Origin: Candidatus Pampinifervens sinense
GTDB lineage: Bacteria; Aquificota; Aquificia; Aquificales; Aquificaceae
Reading direction: 5' to 3'
Length of the DNA: 64,000 bases
Assembly: GCA_037927135.1 (NCBI GenBank)
Contig: JAXSPP010000008.1
Location: forward strand, 1-64,000
The notes under the pieces are model-generated. The model was not told the origin of the DNA and searched no databases. It worked only from the letters and a program-made list of their open reading frames with translations. Every line of letters starts with the position of its first letter. The first letter of the stretch is position 1. The translations under genes were made by a program, and so were the position numbers. Shown piece after piece: positions 57,757 through 64,000 of this stretch.

Positions 57757-58914
57757 ATGAAACTGCATGAACATCAAGCAAAAGAGCTTTTAAAAAAGTA
57801 TGGCCTCCCTGTGCCAGAAGGAAGGGTAGCCTTTAGCCTTCAAGAAGCTTTGCAGGCGGCGGAAGAGCTTGGTGAGTTTCCACTTGTGGTAAAGGCTCAG
57901 GTGCATTGCGGTGGAAGGGGAAAGGCGGGCGGTGTAAAGCTTGTCAAAAACATGGAGGAGCTACAGCAGGCGGTAGAAAGTATGCTTGGCAAAGTCCTCA
58001 AGACCTTCCAATGTCCCGATGGAAAGCCTGTAAGCAGGGTATGGATAGAGAAGGCAACAAACATAGAAAAAGAATACTACCTTTCTATAACCCTTGACAG
58101 GTCTGTGTCCAAGCCAGTTTTGATGGCCTCAGCGGAAGGTGGTATGGAGATAGAGGAGGTGGCAAAGGAAAAGCCGGAGGCCATCCATATGCTCCACATA
58201 GACCCAGCCCTTGGCCTCATGCCCTCCCAAGCCAGAAAGATAGCCTTCAAGCTTGGCCTCCCTGTAAATGAGTTTGTAAAGATAGCTTTGGCCCTCTATA
58301 GAGCCTACATAGACCTTGATGCTAGCCTTGTGGAGATAAACCCCCTTGTGCTTACGAAGGAAGGAGGCCTTGTGCTCCTTGATGCCAAAGTGGAGATAGA
58401 TGACAATGCCCTCATAAGACACAAGGACCTTGAAGAGCTAGAAGACCTAACCCAGCTTGACCCCCTTGAGGTGGAGGCCAAAAAGTACAACCTTAACTAC
58501 ATAAAGCTTGATGGCAACATAGGCTGTATGGTAAACGGTGCAGGCCTTGCTATGACCACCATGGATATAATAAAGCTGGCGGGTGGAAAGCCAGCCAACT
58601 TCCTTGATGTGGGTGGTGGTGCCAACGTGGAGCAGATAGCCAACGCCTTTAGGATTCTAATGGCAGACCCCAATGTGAAGGCTGTTTTCATAAACATCTT
58701 TGGTGGAATCCTCAGATGCGACAGGCTTGCCCAGGGCCTAATAGAAGCAGCAAAGATGGTGGAGATAAAAGTTCCTGTGGTGGTGAGGATGGAAGGGACC
58801 AACGTGGAAGAAGGGAGAAGGCTCTTGGCCGAATCGGGCCTAAACTTTATAAACGCAGTGGACATGTGGGATGGAGCAAAAAAGGCTGTAGAACTTGCTT
58901 CAAAAGGAGGTTAA
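57757..58914 (+). CDS. sucC: Succinyl-CoA synthetase beta subunit
   Basis: [55 protein letters not shown]. Confidence 0.93.
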   Translation: MKLHEHQAKELLKKYGLPVPEGRVAFSLQEALQAAEELGEFPLVVKAQVHCGGRGKAGGVKLVKNMEELQQAVESMLGKVLKTFQCPDGKPVSRVWIEKATNIEKEYYLSITLDRSVSKPVLMASAEGGMEIEEVAKEKPEAIHMLHIDPALGLMPSQARKIAFKLGLPVNEFVKIALALYRAYIDLDASLVEINPLVLTKEGGLVLLDAKVEIDDNALIRHKDLEELEDLTQLDPLEVEAKKYNLNYIKLDGNIGCMVNGAGLAMTTMDIIKLAGGKPANFLDVGGGANVEQIANAFRILMADPNVKAVFINIFGGILRCDRLAQGLIEAAKMVEIKVPVVVRMEGTNVEEGRRLLAESGLNFINAVDMWDGAKKAVELASKGG

Positions 58915-58917
58915 GCT

Positions 58918-59799
58918 ATGGCCATACTTGTGGATAAAAACACAAAGGTGGTGGTTCAAGGCATTACGGGAAAAGAAGGGTCCTTTCACGCGGTCCAATG
59001 TAAAGCCTATGGCACCCAAGTGGTGGCAGGAGTGACTCCTGGAAAGGGAGGACAGCAAGTAGAAGGCATACCTGTCTTTAACACGGTGGAGGATGCGGTA
59101 AGGGAGACTGGTGCCAACTGCTCTTTGATCTTTGTCCCACCAGCCTTTGCTGCCGATGCCATAGTGGAAGCCCTAGATGCTGGCATTGAGCTAATTGTCT
59201 GCATAACGGAAGGCATACCAGTAAGGGACATGATGATGGTAAAGGACTACATGAGAAAGAACTATCCTAATGCCAAGCTCATAGGACCCAACTGCCCAGG
59301 TGTGATAACTCCCGGTGAGGCAAAGGTGGGCATAATGCCAGGCCATATATTCAAAAGGGGCACTATCGGCATAGTCTCAAGGAGTGGAACACTGACCTAT
59401 GAAGCTTCCTATCAGCTTACCCAATACGGCCTTGGCCAATCTACGGCGGTGGGCATTGGTGGAGACCCGGTGCATGGCCTCTCTCACAAGGATGTGATAG
59501 CCATGTTTAACGAAGACCCAGAAACGGAGGCCATTTTGATGATAGGTGAGATAGGTGGAACTGCGGAGGAGGAGGCGGCTGAGTTTATAAAAGCCCATGT
59601 GAAAAAGCCCGTCTTTGCATACATAGCTGGCATTACCGCACCACCGGGAAGGCGTATGGGGCATGCGGGGGCCATAATAAGCGGAGGAAAGGGAACGGCT
59701 CAGGCCAAAATGCAAGCCCTCAGAGAGGCAGGTGTTATCGTCATAGAAAACCCTGCCTTTATTGGCAAAACGGTGGCAGAAGCCCTTGGCAAGATATGA
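58918..59799 (+). CDS. sucD: Succinyl-CoA synthetase alpha subunit
   Basis: [35 protein letters not shown]. Confidence 0.93.
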   Translation: MAILVDKNTKVVVQGITGKEGSFHAVQCKAYGTQVVAGVTPGKGGQQVEGIPVFNTVEDAVRETGANCSLIFVPPAFAADAIVEALDAGIELIVCITEGIPVRDMMMVKDYMRKNYPNAKLIGPNCPGVITPGEAKVGIMPGHIFKRGTIGIVSRSGTLTYEASYQLTQYGLGQSTAVGIGGDPVHGLSHKDVIAMFNEDPETEAILMIGEIGGTAEEEAAEFIKAHVKKPVFAYIAGITAPPGRRMGHAGAIISGGKGTAQAKMQALREAGVIVIENPAFIGKTVAEALGKI

Positions 59800-59872
59800 T
59801 TAAGTTTATATTGATAATTTGAAACTATGATATACTTTTAAAACTCCAAACTCTTATGTAGGAGGTGCAAGT

Positions 59873-60091
59873 ATGGCTTTGAGGACAAAGGTAGACCCAG
59901 ATACCTGTACTTCATGCGAGCTGTGTTATGATAGAGTGCCAGAGGTTTATAAAAACAGAGGAGATGGTATTGCGGAAGTTGTAAGCCCTGGACCAGATGG
60001 CTGGATGATCGTTCCACCAGAGCTGGAAAACGAGGTAAAAGAGGTTACCGACGAATGTCCCAGCGGTTCTATCATAACGGAAGAGGTATAA
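59873..60091 (+). CDS. Single-cluster [4Fe-4S] ferredoxin 1
   Basis: SD GGAGGTG; CTSCELC...CPSGSI. Confidence 0.92.
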   Translation: MALRTKVDPDTCTSCELCYDRVPEVYKNRGDGIAEVVSPGPDGWMIVPPELENEVKEVTDECPSGSIITEEV

Positions 60092-60285
60092 AGATTGAGG
60101 TTGATATAGATACTTGCACCGCATGCCAGCTATGTTATGAAAGACTTCCGGAGGTCTTTGTGGATAGGGGGGACGGCTTCCCCCTTGTCATTTTAAAGGT
60201 TTCCATAGATAAAGTTTGGGATGATCTTCTTCAGGTGATAGAGGATTGTCCGAGCGACTCCATACTCCTGCGTTGGACAGAGTGA
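60088..60285 (+). CDS. Single-cluster [4Fe-4S] ferredoxin 2 (start ATA 60088 or ATG 60055)
   Basis: IEVDIDTCTACQLC...CPSDSI, paralog of the upstream ferredoxin. Confidence 0.8.
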   Translation: MKIEVDIDTCTACQLCYERLPEVFVDRGDGFPLVILKVSIDKVWDDLLQVIEDCPSDSILLRWTE

Positions 60286-61028
60286 TCTTTTTAGGAACGG
60301 CTGGTGGTAGGGCTAGCGTATTTAGATTCTTAAGGAGGTCTGGTGGTTTTCTCCTAGAACTTTCTGGAAATCTTGTGCATGTGGATCCGGGTCCCGGTGC
60401 CTTTGTATATTTGCATCAACTTGGCATAGACCCAAGGCGCATTGACCTTGTAGTTCTTTCACATATACACCTGGATCATTCCTCCGATGTGAATGCGGTA
60501 ATTGAATCTGCTACCGATGGCGGAAAGTTAAGGAATGTAGCCCTTTTTGCTCCAAAGTCTGCCTTTGAAGGAAAAGATAGAGTAGTTCTTCCCTTTATAA
60601 GAGAGAGGCTTACGAAGGAAGGATACTTAGAAGAAGGTTTGGAGCTCTCCTATAAGTCTGTAAGAGTAAAGGCTGTTATGAGTCATACACACCATGGTGC
60701 TGAAACATATGCCTTGCTTTTTAATGATAAAATCCTTTACGTTTCCTGTGCCCTATATGAGGATAGAATGCTTCAAATGTATCCAAAAGGTGTAGACCTA
60801 ATGATAATAAACACCACCCTGTATAGGAAGACTAAGCCTATTGACCATCTTACTGTGGAAGATGCAGAAAGGCTAATAAACAACCTAAAACCTAAAAAGG
60901 TCATACTTACTCACTTTGGCTACGAGTTTCTTACACAGCACGACCCTAAGAAGGTATCCCAAGAGCTATCCAAGAAGTACAATATACCGATAATTGCAGC
61001 GGAGGATTTTATGGAGGTAATCATCTAA
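60273..61028 (+). CDS. MBL-fold metallo-hydrolase (RNase Z/PhnP-like)
   Basis: IFLGTAGG, DPGPG, SHIHLDH, THFG; probable TTG start. Confidence 0.85.
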   Translation: MDRVIFLGTAGGRASVFRFLRRSGGFLLELSGNLVHVDPGPGAFVYLHQLGIDPRRIDLVVLSHIHLDHSSDVNAVIESATDGGKLRNVALFAPKSAFEGKDRVVLPFIRERLTKEGYLEEGLELSYKSVRVKAVMSHTHHGAETYALLFNDKILYVSCALYEDRMLQMYPKGVDLMIINTTLYRKTKPIDHLTVEDAERLINNLKPKKVILTHFGYEFLTQHDPKKVSQELSKKYNIPIIAAEDFMEVII

Positions 61029-61504
61029 TGATTGAAGGCTTTTTTCCAGATCTTAAGACATGGGCAGAGACCTTTGTGCATGAGTATGGATATGTAGCCC
61101 TCTTCATTCTATCCTTCACCGAATCTATAATTCAACCCATACCACCCTTTCCCTTCATTCTAAGCGCTCCCCTCTTCGGCCTTAGCCCTTATGTGGCAGG
61201 TCTCGTCTCTTTGATTGGTAACTTACTTGGAGCCCTTGTAGCCTACTATCTTGCAAAGGTTTTAGGAGAGGTTGCTGTAAGGAAGGTTTTAGGAGAAAGG
61301 CTCTACATGAAGGGTGAGGCCCTCTTTAACAGATATGGCTTTTGGGCTGTCCTTATTGGAGAGCCCTATAAGCTTGTGTGTTGGCTTGCTGGACTCTTTC
61401 ATATGCCTTTGATCACTTTTATGATAGCAAGCCTTATAGCTAGAACTGTAAGGATAGGCCTCTTTGTCTTCTTTGGAGATCTTTTGAAAGGCTTTTTAGG
61501 TTAG
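61028..61504 (+). CDS. YqaA/DedA (VTT) family membrane protein
   Basis: SFTESIIQPIPP, GNLLGA..AY, PYK, RTVR. Confidence 0.85.
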   Translation: MIEGFFPDLKTWAETFVHEYGYVALFILSFTESIIQPIPPFPFILSAPLFGLSPYVAGLVSLIGNLLGALVAYYLAKVLGEVAVRKVLGERLYMKGEALFNRYGFWAVLIGEPYKLVCWLAGLFHMPLITFMIASLIARTVRIGLFVFFGDLLKGFLG

Positions 61505-61576
61505 TGGGTGCGGGAGGACTCGAACCCCCAACCGGGCGGTTATGAGCCGCCCGCTCTGCCATTGAGCTACGCACCC
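61505..61576 (-). tRNA. tRNA with CAT anticodon, probably tRNA-Ile2 (lysidine); CCA not encoded
   Basis: GGGTGCGTAGCTCAATGGCAGAGCG-GGCGG-CTCATAA-CCGCC-CGGTTGGGGGTTCGAGTCCTCCCGCACCCA; G1-C72 pair argues against initiator; anticodon arm resembles Ile2. Confidence 0.9.
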
Positions 61577-61589
61577 TATTGTAGATAAT

Positions 61590-61618
61590 ATTATAAAACC
61601 CCTTGACAAAGTTTGCAA
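61590..61618 (-). promoter_or_regulatory. sigma70 promoter of the tRNA
   Basis: Minus strand TTGCAA-N17-TATAAT; a divergent TTGACA at 61603 probably serves the M23 gene. Confidence 0.6.
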
Positions 61619-61660
61619 CCATATGATAGAGTTTAGAAAAGGGTCTAAGGAGGTTGGGCT

Positions 61661-62266
61661 ATGGGAAGGTACATACTTGCCTTAGTTCTTGTGGGAGCCC
61701 TATATAAACCCATAGAAAACCAATCCCCCTTAGGTATAGGTGGCCCTACAAAAACTTCTTCTCAAGATTCCCAACTCCTTGAAGATGATCTTTTTGATGT
61801 GGATACAGTTAATAAGATAGTGGCCGTTGAGCTATCCGCCGAAGAAGCAATGAAGGAGCTTGTAAATGTGAAAACTGTAGAAACGTTAAAGCCCGATATT
61901 TGGCCAGTGGTGGGTGTTATAACCTCTGACTATGGATGGAGGGTGGTAGGTGGAAGGAGAGAGTTTCATACAGGTGTGGACATATCAGCTCCCTATGGCA
62001 CACCTGTAGTAGCCTCCGCAGATGGAAGGGTTATATACGCTGGTTGGATAAGGGGCTATGGGAAAACTGTCATAATATACCATGGCTATGGCCTTGTGAC
62101 CCTTTATGCACACCTATCAGATATAAAGGTAGAATACTCGGATAGGGTGGTCAAAGGTCAAATAATAGGCAATGTAGGGACCACAGGTAGGGCTTTTGGC
62201 CCTCACCTTCACTACGAGGTTTTAAAATACGGAATAAGGCAGAATCCAATAGCCTACCTTCCTTAA
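61661..62266 (+). CDS. M23 peptidase
   Basis: HTGVDI, YAHL, GPHLHYEV. Confidence 0.92.
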   Translation: MGRYILALVLVGALYKPIENQSPLGIGGPTKTSSQDSQLLEDDLFDVDTVNKIVAVELSAEEAMKELVNVKTVETLKPDIWPVVGVITSDYGWRVVGGRREFHTGVDISAPYGTPVVASADGRVIYAGWIRGYGKTVIIYHGYGLVTLYAHLSDIKVEYSDRVVKGQIIGNVGTTGRAFGPHLHYEVLKYGIRQNPIAYLP

Positions 62267-62814
62267 AGAAGACCCCTTCTCTTTAGCGCATCTTCGTATA
62301 TTTTCTTGTAAAGATGGTTCCACTCGGGTGTACCCTCCACTATCCTTCTTGAATAGGACCTTATCCTCTCTCTAACTTCCCTATCTATCTCCTCCTCTTC
62401 TTTTACAGCCTCCATAAGTATGGCCCTTATCCTGTTCCTTATAACCACAGGCTCTTCATATATCTCCACTTGAGGATCTTCCATTATCAGATCCTTTATC
62501 CTTTGCACTATCTGGTTCATCCTCTCTCGCTTATTGGTATGGATATTCATCTCCTCAGCAAGCTTACTCCTCACGGTTCTAAAGGCAGTCCTATAGTCCA
62601 AGCTAGTCTCTTCTAAAAGGTCAAGCTTTTCTTTTAAGATCTCTTTAGTTTTTTCATCCAACATCCTCTCTTCTTCTTCCGCCTGCTTAAATATGGCTAT
62701 TATCTTCTTTCTAAACACATAAGGATCTTCAGGCTCTATAATCCTTTCCTTCTCGTAAAGTTCTTTAAGGATTCTATCGGCTATCCTTTCAACCAGTTTT
62801 TCAGGCAACCTCAT
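62263..62814 (-). CDS. DUF507-family protein (internally duplicated)
   Basis: MRL....ERIADRI; two similar halves; EGTPEW...Y. Confidence 0.7.
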   Translation of the reverse strand: MRLPEKLVERIADRILKELYEKERIIEPEDPYVFRKKIIAIFKQAEEEERMLDEKTKEILKEKLDLLEETSLDYRTAFRTVRSKLAEEMNIHTNKRERMNQIVQRIKDLIMEDPQVEIYEEPVVIRNRIRAILMEAVKEEEEIDREVRERIRSYSRRIVEGTPEWNHLYKKIYEDALKRRGLL

Positions 62815-62838
62815 TTAGCTCCTCCTAAATCTAGTCAA

Positions 62839-63549
62839 TTATACCATGAAAAAATTTTCTAGTATACCTTTAACTTCCTGAGTATATTCTCCATTTTCTT
62901 CATTAATTATAAGAGGTTTTTCAACATTAAGCCTAGGATTAAGATTTTTCAATGCATAAATATGCACCAGTTTAGCATTTTTAGTAACCTTTGGATAAAA
63001 AATCCTAATTGAAAGAACATTTGTATTATATTTTTTCATATAAAGGGCAGCCTCCAGCAACCTATCTGAAGAAACTAATAAGTTAAATCCTCTTCCATCC
63101 TTAAGCAAAAAACTTCCAGCTCTTATAAAATCTTCAAGTGTAGTATCTATTTCATGATGATATACATTATCTGAAGTTGTTCCTTTATAAAAGGGAGGAT
63201 TGGCTATTATGGCGTCAAAGAATTGTGGCTTAAAGCCTTTTTCTATGTATTTTATGTCAAGGTTAACTACATGAACTCTATCTTCTAAATTGTTAATCTT
63301 TACGTTGTAAGAAAGTAGGTCTAGCATGGTGCTATCCCTCTCTATAGCCCAAACCTGACACTCATATCTTAGAGCGGTAAGTATAGAGAGGGTGCCAAAG
63401 CCTGCTCCAAGGTCTGCTACTTTAAAACCTCTTTTTATCCCCTTAAGATTGGCCACAAACAGGATCTCTACTATTGAAAGCCTATGGGCCTTCGGCTGCT
63501 TAAACTTTACCTTACCCCTAAAGAATTCAAACTCTTTAAACTCTTCCAA
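62839..63549 (-). CDS. tRNA1(Val) A37 N6-methyltransferase-like (YfiC/TrmN6 family)
   Basis: DLGAGFG SAM motif, ANPPFY. Confidence 0.78.
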   Translation of the reverse strand: MEEFKEFEFFRGKVKFKQPKAHRLSIVEILFVANLKGIKRGFKVADLGAGFGTLSILTALRYECQVWAIERDSTMLDLLSYNVKINNLEDRVHVVNLDIKYIEKGFKPQFFDAIIANPPFYKGTTSDNVYHHEIDTTLEDFIRAGSFLLKDGRGFNLLVSSDRLLEAALYMKKYNTNVLSIRIFYPKVTKNAKLVHIYALKNLNPRLNVEKPLIINEENGEYTQEVKGILENFFMV

Positions 63550-63937
63550 ACCTTTCTACTAGCTCAAGTAAAGTCCTAGCCCTTTCCTTTACCCTTTCCC
63601 ATTCTTCTATCTCTTCCATAGTTTGGGCTGTAGCAAGCTTCTTTACCGCCTGATCAAAGAGTTCCTTTTCCTTTCCTGGATCTATCTCCCCTATATTGTA
63701 AGCTTCCTCTGCAAGGATTATGACCTTTTCCGGTGTGACATCCACAAAGCCGTAGGTTACTGCAATGCCATTTTCCATCTTGCCATCAAAGTAGACAAGC
63801 CCAGGCTTTAGCATGGTCATGAGATACATATGCTTTTCCAAAACTCCTATCTCACCCTCTACAGTAGGTATGTTTACAGAATTTACCTCTTTAGAAAAGT
63901 GCAGGCCCTTGGGCGTGACTATCTCCACCTTAATCAT
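63536..63937 (-). CDS. atpC: ATP synthase F1 epsilon subunit
   Basis: VEIVTP, PTVEGEIGVLEKH, GFVDV....VIILAE. Confidence 0.93.
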   Translation of the reverse strand: MIKVEIVTPKGLHFSKEVNSVNIPTVEGEIGVLEKHMYLMTMLKPGLVYFDGKMENGIAVTYGFVDVTPEKVIILAEEAYNIGEIDPGKEKELFDQAVKKLATAQTMEEIEEWERVKERARTLLELVERFGRV

Positions 63938-64000
63938 GGCTTTAAAATTATACCATCCTTTTTTCTGCTATCTCTAAAGAGCTCATGGCATGCCATACAA

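Noticed and set aside
57757-59799. Citryl-CoA synthetase (ccsAB) instead of sucCD
   Set aside because: Lengths (385 and 293 aa) and canonical [14 protein letters not shown] / NIFGGI motifs fit ordinary succinyl-CoA synthetase better; a phylogeny would settle it
61440-61622. 60-aa minus-strand ORF
   Set aside because: It is a translation of the tRNA(CAT) gene and its promoter
62263-62814. Internal duplication in the DUF507 protein as a novelty
   Set aside because: The two-repeat architecture appears to be a family trait rather than a local event
1-64000. CRISPR array, IS/transposase, integrase, prophage or defence island
   Set aside because: No regularly spaced repeats, terminal inverted repeats or matching proteins seen; none of the three tRNAs has a duplicated 3' end (att site) that I could find

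Overview
Gene-dense core-chromosome segment from a thermophilic Aquificaceae bacterium (Thermocrinis/Hydrogenobacter-like, inferred from protein style, the Fd1-type ferredoxin beside sucCD, and scattered housekeeping operons). It holds about 70 CDS: argJ, ilvBH, pepA, purSQ, pdxA, minCDE, rodA, ftsW, holA/holB, accC, ubiX, mnmE, rho, hisB, ugd, argS, sucCD, rpmI, atpC and others. There are three tRNAs (Pro-CGG, Asn-GTT, CAT probably Ile2) and three c-di-GMP genes, one of them frameshifted. No CRISPR array, transposase, integrase or prophage was seen. The main points of interest are: (1) a Tat-exported sulfide-dehydrogenase flavoprotein / atypical Rieske / flavoprotein cluster with no cytochrome c subunit, split between a sigma70 promoter and a near-consensus sigma54 promoter with a candidate enhancer palindrome; (2) a secreted diheme c-type cytochrome fused to an S-layer-like domain, encoded behind tRNA-Pro and ahead of a Lit-like transacylase; (3) a shortened, divergent RlmN/Cfr-like radical SAM enzyme coupled to ricT/holB; (4) a minC Shine-Dalgarno candidate lying inside tRNA-Asn; (5) a second ferredoxin that may start at ATA. 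All family assignments come from motif recognition by eye; no database searches were run.
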